Below are positions 1 to 8,426 of a stretch of 64,000 nucleotides of DNA, piece by piece. The DNA comes from a virus. The translations under genes were made by a program, and so were the position numbers. Position 1 is the stretch's first letter. Every line of letters starts with the position of its first letter. The notes below the pieces were generated by a model that was not told the origin of the DNA, did no database searches, and was given only the letters and a program-made list of their open reading frames with translations. The stretch spans positions 47,727 to 111,726 of IMG/VR virus record IMGVR_UViG_3300037462_000828. One strand, 5' to 3'.

Positions 1-706
1 CGTCGGCGCCGGCAAGGTAGCCCGCGTGGACCGCCGCGTCGAACCACGCCATTTCCGTCGGCCGCGCGCCGGGCCCGCTCTCGCCCCCGACGATGAGCCA
101 GTCGACGCCGTCGATGCTCACGTTCGTCAGGTCGCCGAGCAGGGGCTCGGCCGAGACGAAGCGCACGGCGGCGGGCGCGTGGCGCAAGTGCGTGATGCGT
201 CCGGCGACGGCGGCCGACTCGACCGATGTACCGAGCCAGACGTTCGGGAGCGGCCAGCCGGGCCACGCCTCGTTGCCGGGAACGCGGCGGCGCACCTCGC
301 CGACGAACTCCGGCGACTCGAAGAGGTCCGACGCGCGCGCGGGCCGCTTGGTCAAGACTTGGTAGGTATGGCGCGGCGTCGCCGCCATCGTCGCGAACGC
401 CTCGTGCAAGACCTCGGGCGGCACGTCTTCGTGAAAGGTGTCGCTCAGCGAGTTGACGAAGATGCGCCGCGGCTCGCGCCACGACATCGGCGTGCGGAAA
501 AACTTCGGCACGGGGCGGACCTCGCCGGTCCAGACCGGGCCCTTTTTGCCGAGGCGCACGAGCCCGGCGTAGGGCAGGCCCTCGGCGTTGAACCGGTAGG
601 CATGGCGCTCGGCGTAGCAGTGCTCGCAGCCGGCGCTCACGCGCGAGCAGCCGCGCAAAAAATTCCACGTCGCGTCGGTCCACTCGATCTTCGACTGGTC
701 AGCCAT
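1..706 (-). CDS. DUF5131 / phage Gp37-Gp68 family protein (runs off window edge)
   Basis: Read from the minus strand (not in the ORF track): MADQSKIEWTDATWNFLRGCSRVSAGCEHCYAERH...FVNSLSDTFHE, the family's IEWTD and CxxxSxGCxxCYA signature. Confidence 0.9.
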   Translation of the reverse strand, partial: MADQSKIEWTDATWNFLRGCSRVSAGCEHCYAERHAYRFNAEGLPYAGLVRLGKKGPVWTGEVRPVPKFFRTPMSWREPRRIFVNSLSDTFHEDVPPEVLHEAFATMAATPRHTYQVLTKRPARASDLFESPEFVGEVRRRVPGNEAWPGWPLPNVWLGTSVESAAVAGRITHLRHAPAAVRFVSAEPLLGDLTNVSIDGVDWLIVGGESGPGARPTEMAWFDAAVHAGYLAGAD

Positions 707-1412
707 CGGCGCACACCTCGTAGTAGTAGGCCTTGATCGCCTCGGCGCACGCCGTCGGCCGGAGGTGGTCCTCGACGCCCGAGCCCCGAAGGCCAGGCGC
801 GAGGTTGAGGTCGGTCGCGAACATCGCGCCCCAATACGAGACCGCGAGGTCGATCGCGAGAAGCGGCGACTTGTAGATCCGCATGAGGTGCTCGCAGAGC
901 GCGTCGACCGACGGCGGCAGGGTCGTCGCCTCGACCTTGATCTCGTCCGTGCCGACGTTCGAGCGCCAGTCGCCGGGGCTCCGGTAGCGGAGCACGAACC
1001 CGAGCGCGCCGACGCGGAGCCAGCGCACCGACTCGCCGCCCGTCGCCGGGTGCGGGACGAACTCGGCCCAGCACTCGTGGCCGAGCACGCCGGCGAGCGA
1101 CCCGAGGCGCTTGCCGAGCCCCTGATGCATCGTCTCGTCTTCGTAGACGACGACGCGCTCGCCGAGGCCGACGCGCGACCGGCCCGAGGCCGGGTGATGC
1201 TGCTCGCGGCCGATGCCCCAGCGCGGTACGCCGCCGCCGGTGAGCGGGAAGCGCTCGAAGGCGCAGGCAAGCGCGTTGAGTTGCTCGCGCCGCGTCGGGA
1301 AGTCGTCGCGGGTATTGCGCCGCCAGACCGGTACGCCGGGCCCCCGCCGGTCGAGCATACAATCGTAGTAGTCGGTGTAGGGGTACGGCGCGAGCGCCAG
1401 GGGGCCGGTCAT
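699..1412 (-). CDS. Divergent ATP-grasp (RimK C-terminal-like) protein
   Basis: Motifs EFVP..GESVRWLRVG, DWRSNVG and LLAIDL..FATDLNLAPGL echo RimK-type ATP-grasp motifs; ATG overlaps the upstream stop. Confidence 0.5.
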   Translation of the reverse strand: MTGPLALAPYPYTDYYDCMLDRRGPGVPVWRRNTRDDFPTRREQLNALACAFERFPLTGGGVPRWGIGREQHHPASGRSRVGLGERVVVYEDETMHQGLGKRLGSLAGVLGHECWAEFVPHPATGGESVRWLRVGALGFVLRYRSPGDWRSNVGTDEIKVEATTLPPSVDALCEHLMRIYKSPLLAIDLAVSYWGAMFATDLNLAPGLRGSGVEDHLRPTACAEAIKAYYYEVCADG

Positions 1413-1726
1413 CGGAGCCCCCCGGGGCGCCACGTCGCCGGGCGCTGCGCGCGACACGTCGAGCCGAACGACCAGCGCCCCGGGCACTCGACGGGCAGGA
1501 TCGCTTTCCCCCCGCCGGGCGCGTCGTAGGCGAGCGTGCACGAGACGTAGCCGTCGCCGTCCGTGTCGTAGTCGGCGCAGACGGCGCGCGCGCCCTCGAT
1601 CCCGGTCTGCTCGGCGAACGCGCGGGCCTCGCGCGCGGCGGCGTCGCCGGCGGGGCGCACCGCGACGACGAGCGCGACGAGAGCGGCCACGCAGAAAAAC
1701 AAGATCGAGCCTTCTTTGACGTTCAC
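1409..1726 (-). CDS. Small membrane-anchored/secreted Cys-containing protein
   Basis: Hydrophobic N-terminus, DYDTDGDGYVSC loop, coupled overlaps with neighbours. Confidence 0.6.
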   Translation of the reverse strand: MNVKEGSILFFCVAALVALVVAVRPAGDAAAREARAFAEQTGIEGARAVCADYDTDGDGYVSCTLAYDAPGGGKAILPVECPGRWSFGSTCRAQRPATWRPGGLR

Positions 1727-1878
1727 GAGAACCTCCAGAACGAGGGGCGGCCATCGGGGCGGCCGAAGACAATCGACGTGGCGGTGCCCACGGCCAGCGC
1801 GGCGAGCGCGCCCGCGGCGAGGGCCGAGAGGAAGGCCGAGGCCGCACAGGCCCCGGCGAGAAGGGCGGCGCGCTTCAT
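1723..1878 (-). CDS. Small hydrophobic hypothetical protein
   Basis: MKRAALLAGACAASAFL..., overlapping start/stop with neighbours. Confidence 0.45.
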   Translation of the reverse strand: MKRAALLAGACAASAFLSALAAGALAALAVGTATSIVFGRPDGRPSFWRFS

Positions 1879-2159
1879 CGTTGGTCGGCCCCGTAGCCGA
1901 CCGCGCCGCTGGGCACGGAGGCGCGAATGCCGCGCGCGACAGCCTCGAGAGCCCCGGCGACCCGGAGCGCCGCCTCGTCGCCGACCTCGGATCGAGCCTT
2001 GCCGGGCGAGAGCGCGACGCAGTCGGGCGGGTCGCCGAGCGCGCCGTGCTCGAGCCGAAGGTCGGCCGATCCGTTCACGGGGCAGACCGTGACGACGACG
2101 CGCGGCCGCTCGAGAGTCACGCTCACCGAGCGTTCGAAGGTCAAGCGCGGCTCGCTCAC
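1875..2159 (-). CDS. Hypothetical protein
   Basis: GTG start overlapping the mazG stop; plausible composition. Confidence 0.5.
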   Translation of the reverse strand: MSEPRLTFERSVSVTLERPRVVVTVCPVNGSADLRLEHGALGDPPDCVALSPGKARSEVGDEAALRVAGALEAVARGIRASVPSGAVGYGADQR

Positions 2160-2803
2160 GGCGCGCTCCCGGCCGGCGCGCGGCCCTCTTCTTTGGCGGC
2201 GTAGTCGGCGAGGGAGTAGCCCGCCGGGTACCGCGCGGCGAGTTTCGCTTGGTTGGCGGCCATCGCCGCGGTCAGGCTCGAGCCGCACCACGCGAGGCCG
2301 TGGGCGACGAGCGCGACGACGCGGCCGACCGCGTCGAACACGTCTTCGCGGGTTACGTCGTTGCCCGCCGAGAGTAGGTCGCCCGCGACGGCCATCACGC
2401 GCGCGAAGAGACCGGCCGGCACGAGCACGACGGCGTTGCGCACGGCCGCCGGCGGAACGTCCGAGGCCGCGCACCAATCATCGGCCCGGACGGTCAGGTC
2501 GCCGACGCACGCGCTAAGCGGCACGCCGATCGCCTCGGCGAGGTAGGCGCAATACCAAAGCACGTCGCCCGACTCGTCGTTGAGGCGATCGAGGTCGACG
2601 GGCCGGCCGTGAAAGGCCGACTTTTTGATGACACCGAAGAGTTCGCCCGCCTCGCCGGCGAGGCTCGAGGCGCCGTAGAAAAACCGGTAGGTCATCGGCT
2701 TCGGCTCGCGCGACTGACCCGAGCGCGTCATCGCCTCGGCTTGGTACGCGTCGAGTTCGGCCGCGTCGGCGGCGACGCGCGGGGGCTGCGGGGTGGTCGT
2801 CAT
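2156..2803 (-). CDS. mazG: MazG-like nucleoside triphosphate pyrophosphohydrolase
   Basis: YQAEA, LAGEAGEL..IKK..FHG, DESGDVLWY, ANQAKLAARYPAGY. Confidence 0.9.
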   Translation of the reverse strand: MTTTPQPPRVAADAAELDAYQAEAMTRSGQSREPKPMTYRFFYGASSLAGEAGELFGVIKKSAFHGRPVDLDRLNDESGDVLWYCAYLAEAIGVPLSACVGDLTVRADDWCAASDVPPAAVRNAVVLVPAGLFARVMAVAGDLLSAGNDVTREDVFDAVGRVVALVAHGLAWCGSSLTAAMAANQAKLAARYPAGYSLADYAAKEEGRAPAGSAP

Positions 2804-3033
2804 TTCGTCGGGGTCCTTTCGTAATGCTTGCACGTGTCGCCCGGCGCGCGGGCTTTGCCGTAGAGCCGCTCGACGGGGCCGTCGAACCAAAACCCGTGCG
2901 ACTGAACTTTCGGCCGGTGCGTCGCGTCGAGCGAATAGCAGGCGCCGCCGGCGGGCCCGCTCGCGAGGTAGTGCGCGCAGCCCGAGCAGAGGCGCGGGGG
3001 CGGCGCGGCGATGGGGAGGCTAGCGCCTGGCAC
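2800..3033 (-). CDS. Small Cys-rich hypothetical protein
   Basis: CSGCAHY...C...TCKHYE. Confidence 0.5.
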   Translation of the reverse strand: MPGASLPIAAPPPRLCSGCAHYLASGPAGGACYSLDATHRPKVQSHGFWFDGPVERLYGKARAPGDTCKHYERTPTK

Positions 3034-3859
3034 GGGCGCCCCCCTTGCTCGGGGCCTTCGCCGCGGCCGGGGCCGGCGCGCGCGCCGCGCCGTAGGGGCG
3101 CCAGACGGGCACCCCGAGGCCGCGCGCGGCGCGCACGGTGTACTCGGTCCCGTTGCCGCCCGGCAGGGCGACAACGAGGTGCGGGCGCACGGAGGCGAGC
3201 ATCATGTCGTTGCGCTCGAGGGGGGCGCGCCGCCCGGCGCGGTCGTAGTCGGCTTGCGTGACCGGAAAGCGCAACCGCTGGTCTTGCGGAACGCCGCGCG
3301 CGTCGGCCCAGGCGTCGGCGAGTCGGTCGGCGCCCTCGGCCGCGCCGTGGGCGAGAACGGGACGAAAGCGCGGGGGGAACTGGAGCGCTCGGTAGGCGCC
3401 GGCGACGACGCGGTCGCACGCGAGGGCCGCGCCGGCGAGGTCGTCGTAGGCGCGGCCGCCCGTCACGACCCAGCGCACCTCGTCGACCCAATCGGTCGGG
3501 CGCGGGTACGGCACGAGCGGGGCCATCGCGGCGTGGTTCGGCGCCATCGACCACGATCGCAGGAGCGCCGAGACGACGCAATCCTCCGCGACGGCGCGCA
3601 CGAACGGAGATCCGCCGCGCGCGCCGAACGGAACGAGGCCGCCCTTGCCGTCGGTCCAGGCCTCGAAGAGGTTCCCGCGCTCGTCATCGACGAAGACGAT
3701 CTCGCGCAGGCCCGTCGTCAAAAACGACGCGTACTGCTCGGCCGCCTGCGTGTTGGATCGCCCGGCGTACGCCATCGCCGGGCGCCCGGGCGCGAAGGCG
3801 ACAAGCGCGCGCCCGCGCACGTATTCGTCGGTAGGAGTCTCCTCGATAGATGGGGTCAC
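3020..3859 (-). CDS. SLOG (YspA/DUF2493-like) domain protein with N-terminal extension
   Basis: VVTGGRAY, HGAAEGADRLADAWA, APLERNDMML, VALPGGNGT. Confidence 0.85.
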   Translation of the reverse strand: MTPSIEETPTDEYVRGRALVAFAPGRPAMAYAGRSNTQAAEQYASFLTTGLREIVFVDDERGNLFEAWTDGKGGLVPFGARGGSPFVRAVAEDCVVSALLRSWSMAPNHAAMAPLVPYPRPTDWVDEVRWVVTGGRAYDDLAGAALACDRVVAGAYRALQFPPRFRPVLAHGAAEGADRLADAWADARGVPQDQRLRFPVTQADYDRAGRRAPLERNDMMLASVRPHLVVALPGGNGTEYTVRAARGLGVPVWRPYGAARAPAPAAAKAPSKGGARARR

Positions 3860-4271
3860 GCGGTCGGCCTTTCGTTCGTTGCGCGGCGCCGTTCGCCGCT
3901 GGTAGTTCGAACGGCCGGCGCGCGCCCCGCGTTAAGCGCGCCCGGTTCTTTTTGCCGAGCTCGGCCCGGGCGCGCAGGCCGGCGACGACCTCGGCGAGGG
4001 CCTCGCGCAAGAGCGTCTCTTCGACCGGCGTTCGGTCGTCGAGCCGTAGAAAATCGGTCGCATCCCATCCCGACGCCGCGTCGAACGACGTCGCGATGCC
4101 GTCGCACACGAAGCGCACGGCCTCGTCTTTCGAGAACGCCGCGCCCTTCGGCTTGCGTCGGCCCGCACGGTCGGGCTCCGGCCGCTCGACCGCGGCGTTG
4201 AGGCAGTCGACGCACGTAACCTCGAGTTCGACCTCGTCCTCGCTCCGGTAGCACTGTGCGCAGTGGCTCAC
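3684..4271 (-). CDS. Hypothetical protein with N-terminal CxxC..CxxC
   Basis: HCAQC...TCVDC; 3' end overlaps the next gene, so the boundary is uncertain. Confidence 0.4.
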   Translation of the reverse strand: MSHCAQCYRSEDEVELEVTCVDCLNAAVERPEPDRAGRRKPKGAAFSKDEAVRFVCDGIATSFDAASGWDATDFLRLDDRTPVEETLLREALAEVVAGLRARAELGKKNRARLTRGARRPFELPAANGAAQRTKGRPRDPIYRGDSYRRIRARARACRLRARAPGDGVRRAIQHAGGRAVRVVFDDGPARDRLRR

Positions 4272-4834
4272 GAGAGCCTCGGCGCCGAGACGGGCGGCAG
4301 GGGGCCGACGGGGGCGCCGGGCCAGCGGCCGTCGCGGCCGAACGCCTCGACCTTGCGGTCGTAGATGGCCGCCTGCGCGTCGAGCGCGACGCGCTCGCGC
4401 TGCCCGTGGGGCAGGGCGACGAGGGCCCCCCGGTCGACCTCGTAGGCCGCCTCGCCGCCCGAGCGCGCCCACCACGCGGCGAGCGCCGCGGCGAGGTCGC
4501 CGTAGGCCGCCGGGCCGAACTCGCCGCGGGGCGCCATCTCGAGGGCGGCGTCGGCGCACGCGGCCGGAAGGGGCACGGGGCGGCAGGGGTGGAACGCCGC
4601 CGGCACGTCGGCGACGAGTACGTCGGCCGCGCCCTCGGCGAGCGCCGCGGCGAGCGCGTGCTCGTCGACGAAGAGCCGCCCCGCGCCCCCGCGCCACGCC
4701 GGCACGTAGAGGGCGCGGGCGTAGCCGAGGCTCGGCTCGTAGGCCCACGCGTCGTAGGCTAGCGCCGCGGGCGCGATCGCTTCGAGCACGGCCGAACAAG
4801 CGCGGGCGTCGCCCGCGCGCATTGTCGTCGTCAT
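4268..4834 (-). CDS. Hypothetical protein
   Basis: Phage-like composition; lies downstream of the promoter at 4901-4928. Confidence 0.6.
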   Translation of the reverse strand: MTTTMRAGDARACSAVLEAIAPAALAYDAWAYEPSLGYARALYVPAWRGGAGRLFVDEHALAAALAEGAADVLVADVPAAFHPCRPVPLPAACADAALEMAPRGEFGPAAYGDLAAALAAWWARSGGEAAYEVDRGALVALPHGQRERVALDAQAAIYDRKVEAFGRDGRWPGAPVGPLPPVSAPRLS

Positions 4835-4900
4835 AGAGCCTTCCCTTTACTTCCGCGCGGTCCCTGCGCGTCGCGCCGGCCCGGTGCCGACGCGCTATCA

Positions 4901-4928
4901 AACCTACGCCACTTGGGCGCGATGTAAA
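4901..4928 (-). promoter_or_regulatory. sigma70-like promoter with operator-like palindrome
   Basis: Minus strand TTTACA-N16-TAGGTT; TACGCC-ACTTG-GGCGCG at 4905-4921. Confidence 0.65.
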
Positions 4929-4949
4929 GGGGGTCTCGAGGCGATCGGT

Positions 4950-5204
4950 CTAAATCGAGGTCACGCGGCCCGCCGCCGCGGCGACGAGCAAGGCGTTGCG
5001 GGCCCGGGCGCCGCCGTCGAGGGCGGCCGCGCTCGGGCCGCCGCCCGGGCCCGGACGGTAGGCGCCGGCCTCGGCGTAAAACCGGACGGCCCGGGCGTAG
5101 GCGTCGCGCTGGGCCCGGAGGCGGTTGCACTCGGCGGCGAGCTGACGGACGAGCGGCGGCTCGTCGGCCTCGCCCCCGGCGCCCCCGCCGCCCTCGGTCG
5201 TCAC
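4950..5204 (-). CDS. Hypothetical protein
   Basis: Short coiled-coil ORF with coupled GTG start. Confidence 0.5.
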   Translation of the reverse strand: MTTEGGGGAGGEADEPPLVRQLAAECNRLRAQRDAYARAVRFYAEAGAYRPGPGGGPSAAALDGGARARNALLVAAAAGRVTSI

Positions 5205-5512
5205 GACCGACCGCCGCCGCCGTGCCCGGCGACCGCGCGGGCGAGGGCGTCGAGCCCGGCCGGGCGAAGGGCGGCGCCGAGCGCGGTCTCGAGCGCCGCG
5301 GCTTGGCCCGCGAGCGCCCGGCCCCGGGCGGCCGACGCGCCAAGGCCCGCCGCGTCGGCGGCGCGGGCCGCTTCGGCGAGAACGCGCCGGGCCTCGGCGA
5401 CAAGGTCGCGGGCGAAGCCGACGGCCTCGCGGCTCTCGTCGAGGCCGTCGAGGGCGGCTTGGCCGGTCGGGGGGAGGGGGGTTGAGGGGGGCATGAGAAG
5501 TAGCGTGGCCAT
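5201..5512 (-). CDS. Hypothetical protein, first gene of the leftward operon
   Basis: ATG lies 9 nt downstream of the promoter motif at 5522-5546. Confidence 0.55.
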   Translation of the reverse strand: MATLLLMPPSTPLPPTGQAALDGLDESREAVGFARDLVAEARRVLAEAARAADAAGLGASAARGRALAGQAAALETALGAALRPAGLDALARAVAGHGGGGRS

Positions 5513-5521
5513 GGCTCTTTC

Positions 5522-5635
5522 TACGGCGGGAGGGGCGCCGAGATAAGCGACCCCCGGCGCGCCGTCTACGGGCCTGGCGGCGCCCCCCGTGGAAAACTGC
5601 CCCGTGTGGCTTATTGCGACGCCGCGTCGGCCGTT
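5522..5635. promoter_or_regulatory. Divergent pair of repeated phage promoter motifs
   Basis: TTAT-N15-GCCGTA on - (5522-5546) and TTAT-N15-GCCGTT on + (5611-5635), at the point where coding strand switches. Confidence 0.7.
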
Positions 5636-5702
5636 GGCTCGAAACGAGCCGCCTCGCGCGCCGCTCGCGCCCGCCCCTCCCCCTAGCCCCGAGCCCGACC
5701 GT

Positions 5703-6548
5703 ATGTCCCAGACCGCCCCGGCCCCCGTACCCGCCCTCTGCCTCGTTCCCCCCCCGCCTCCCGCCCGCGCGCCGCTCCGGTCGGGCGTGCGCCCCTCGAC
5801 CCCGCCGCGCGCTAGAGCCGAGCGCGTGCCCCCCGCCGCCCCCGCCCCCGTCGCCGACCCGCGGTCGATCGCGACGGCCGAAGCCTGCGTCGGCTGCGGC
5901 CGCCCGCGCGGCGGGCCGCCGATCGCCGACCCGCGGGTACCGGCCGAGCAAACGAGCGCCTTTTGGCACTGCCCCCGGTGCCTCGCGCCGAGCTTCAAAA
6001 CGCGGGCCGCGAAGCGTATTTTGGCCGAGGAGATCGTGCGCGTCGCCGACCGGGGGGAGGGCACGCTGCTCGGGCTCGCGGCCGAGGTGGCGGGGCACCT
6101 CGCCGAGCAGACCGTGCGCCGGCGGGCGCGCGCGGTCGGGGTCGGGGTCAACCCCCCGGCCTGGTCGGCGTACGAGGGGGGGCCTCACCGATGGTTCGTC
6201 GCGGCGGGTCGGCTGCTCTTGCCCTTCGTCGAGACCCACCGCACGTGGGCCGAACTCGAGGCATGGGCGGCCGACCAGGGCTGGACGACCGAGGACGTGC
6301 GCGAACTCGTCGCGTGGCTCGCCAAAAAGGGCGACGCCGCGTACGTGCGCGAGGCCGGCCCGAGGCTGCCGCCCTGGGACGAAAAAGAACTCGGGCCCGA
6401 CACGCGCGACGGGCACCCCCGGTGGTGGGTCGTCGCGACGCCCGACGACGACCCCGAGCCCGCCGCCGACGCGACCCCGGCGTGGGCCGCTTCGCTCGGC
6501 CCGGCCGCCTTGGCGGGCGCCGGCCACGCGCCGCGGGGGGGCCGCTAG
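5703..6548 (+). CDS. Hypothetical protein with CxxC..CxxC zinc ribbon
   Basis: CVGC...CPRC after a Pro-rich N-terminus. Confidence 0.6.
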   Translation: MSQTAPAPVPALCLVPPPPPARAPLRSGVRPSTPPRARAERVPPAAPAPVADPRSIATAEACVGCGRPRGGPPIADPRVPAEQTSAFWHCPRCLAPSFKTRAAKRILAEEIVRVADRGEGTLLGLAAEVAGHLAEQTVRRRARAVGVGVNPPAWSAYEGGPHRWFVAAGRLLLPFVETHRTWAELEAWAADQGWTTEDVRELVAWLAKKGDAAYVREAGPRLPPWDEKELGPDTRDGHPRWWVVATPDDDPEPAADATPAWAASLGPAALAGAGHAPRGGR

Positions 6549-6839
6549 GTGCCGACCCGGAGGCTCCCGGCGCCGCCGCCCTCGGCGCGCGACGCGATGC
6601 TCGCGCGCTGGCGCGAGCAGGACAGGCAGCGGGCGCGGGACCAACGCCGGCGAAGCCGATCGGGCGCCGCGTCGCGCCCGAGCGCCGACCCGACCCACCC
6701 GCTCGGGGCCGCGCGCGTCGCCGAGCGCGCGGCGGCGCGGGCTGCGGCCCTCGCGGCGCTTGAGCCGCCGCCGGCCGACCTCTCCGAGCTTTGCGCCGAC
6801 GGCGAGGCCCCGATCTGGGGCGCGCTCTACGGCGGCTAA
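6549..6839 (+). CDS. Hypothetical protein
   Basis: Abuts the upstream stop; ends in a TAA embedded in the next promoter motif. Confidence 0.5.
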   Translation: MPTRRLPAPPPSARDAMLARWREQDRQRARDQRRRSRSGAASRPSADPTHPLGAARVAERAAARAAALAALEPPPADLSELCADGEAPIWGALYGG

Positions 6840-6872
6840 ACGACGCGCCCGCCCCGGCCGTACCCCCGAACG

Positions 6873-7448
6873 ATGACCTCCTCCGCTACGCCCTACCCCC
6901 CCGCCGAAAGCCGCAAGCACCTTCACCCCGGCCGCTACGAGGCCCACGACAACGGCGGCGGCTTCGAGAGCGGCCGCCTCCTCGACGCCGTCACCCACTT
7001 CGCCGCGGCCCTTCAGGTCGGCGGCGTGCGCCTGCGCGCCGCCTGCCCGAGGCGCTACACCGCCCTGACCGGCGCGGCCGCCGCGGGCCCGGTCGTGCCC
7101 GCCGCCGAACTCTACCTCGAAGGCCCGGGCGGCGCCGAGGGCGCGATCGCGGTCGTACTCCTTCCCGCCTCCGACGCCGACGTTGCCTACGCCGTCGCGT
7201 GGCTCGGCGAGCACGCCCGTCGGGCCGACGAGGCGCGCCGCCAGGCGCTCGTCTACGGCTTCGCGCGCCCGGGCGGCGAGGGCGACTGGCTCCGCGCCTC
7301 GGCCGAGGTCTCGCTCGCCCCGCCCCCGATGCGCGCGGCCGAAAACAGTCACGTGCGCTTCGTCGCCGACGGGCTCGCCCCCGACCCGGCCGACGCGCTG
7401 CCCCCGACCGAGCGGGCGCCCTCGAGCGCCGCCCGGGGGGCCGCCTAG
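6873..7448 (+). CDS. Hypothetical protein
   Basis: ATG 10 nt after promoter motif 6837-6862. Confidence 0.65.
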   Translation: MTSSATPYPPAESRKHLHPGRYEAHDNGGGFESGRLLDAVTHFAAALQVGGVRLRAACPRRYTALTGAAAAGPVVPAAELYLEGPGGAEGAIAVVLLPASDADVAYAVAWLGEHARRADEARRQALVYGFARPGGEGDWLRASAEVSLAPPPMRAAENSHVRFVADGLAPDPADALPPTERAPSSAARGAA

Positions 7449-7711
7449 TGCCCCGCGCCGTGCTCGTCACGTGGGCCGCGGCGGGCGGCGTCGGCCGCAC
7501 CGCGGTCGTCGTATCGCGCCCCCGCGGCGGTCGCGCCGAGGTCGCGCGCCGGGCCCTCGCCGCTTCGTCGATGGCCGCCGACCTGCCGGGCTACCCGACG
7601 CACCTCTGCCGGCTCGCGCCCGCCGAGGTCTCGGTCGACGGGCGGCCCTACCGCGTCCGCTTCGACGGCGACGTGCGCCACGCCGGCCTTCGCCTCGAGC
7701 CGACGCCGTGA
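7448..7711 (+). CDS. Hypothetical protein
   Basis: Coupled GTG start. Confidence 0.45.
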   Translation: MPRAVLVTWAAAGGVGRTAVVVSRPRGGRAEVARRALAASSMAADLPGYPTHLCRLAPAEVSVDGRPYRVRFDGDVRHAGLRLEPTP

Positions 7712-7895
7712 CCGCCGCCCGCGCCCTCTACGCCCTCGGCGCGCTGCTTGTCGCCGCGCGCCGCGCCGCCTCCGAACTGCGCGCCGGCCGGGGCTTCGGC
7801 CCCCTCGCCGGGCTCGCGCGCTGGCCCTGAAAACAACTGCGCCCCGGTCTCGCGGGAACGAGCCGGGGCGCCACGACAACGAAGGAAGTAGGTCT

Positions 7896-8426
7896 ATGAC
7901 ACGAAACGCACAGGATTGTCAACGGCCGAGCCGGTTTTGCATGGTGACGAGATTCGTTTTTTCGCCGTCCCTGGCCCGTCTCAGCGGCGAGGCATTCCGC
8001 CTCTGGTTCAACGCATTTGGCTTTTGCTACGAGATCGATTCGCACGGGCGCGTACCCGTCGCGTCCCTTCGCGCCGTGTCTGTCGCCCGTCGGGTCAAAG
8101 CGGCGGCGGCGGAGTTGTGCCGCGCCGGCCTGTGGCTGCGTGAGCGTGACGAATACGTCATCGCGGACTTTGCGACTTGGTCGAGGCCGTACGACGACGC
8201 CGCGAAAGATCCGGACCTTCGCCCCGGCCGACGATACGACGTACTGGCGCGCGACGGGTTCGCTTGCCGGTACTGCGGCCGCAAGGCCCCCGAGGTGACG
8301 CTGCACGTCGATCACGTCGTGCCCCGAGCCAAGGGCGGCTCGGACGACCCGAGCAACCTCGTTGCGGCCTGCTCCGCGTGCAACCAAGGCAAAGGCGTCA
8401 AGAGCCTCGAGGGGGCCGTCTCGTGA
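7896..8426 (+). CDS. HNH endonuclease with N-terminal initiator-like domain
   Basis: RDGFACRYCG...LHVDHVVPRAKGGSDDPSNLVAACSACNQGKG. Confidence 0.9.
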   Translation: MTRNAQDCQRPSRFCMVTRFVFSPSLARLSGEAFRLWFNAFGFCYEIDSHGRVPVASLRAVSVARRVKAAAAELCRAGLWLRERDEYVIADFATWSRPYDDAAKDPDLRPGRRYDVLARDGFACRYCGRKAPEVTLHVDHVVPRAKGGSDDPSNLVAACSACNQGKGVKSLEGAVS

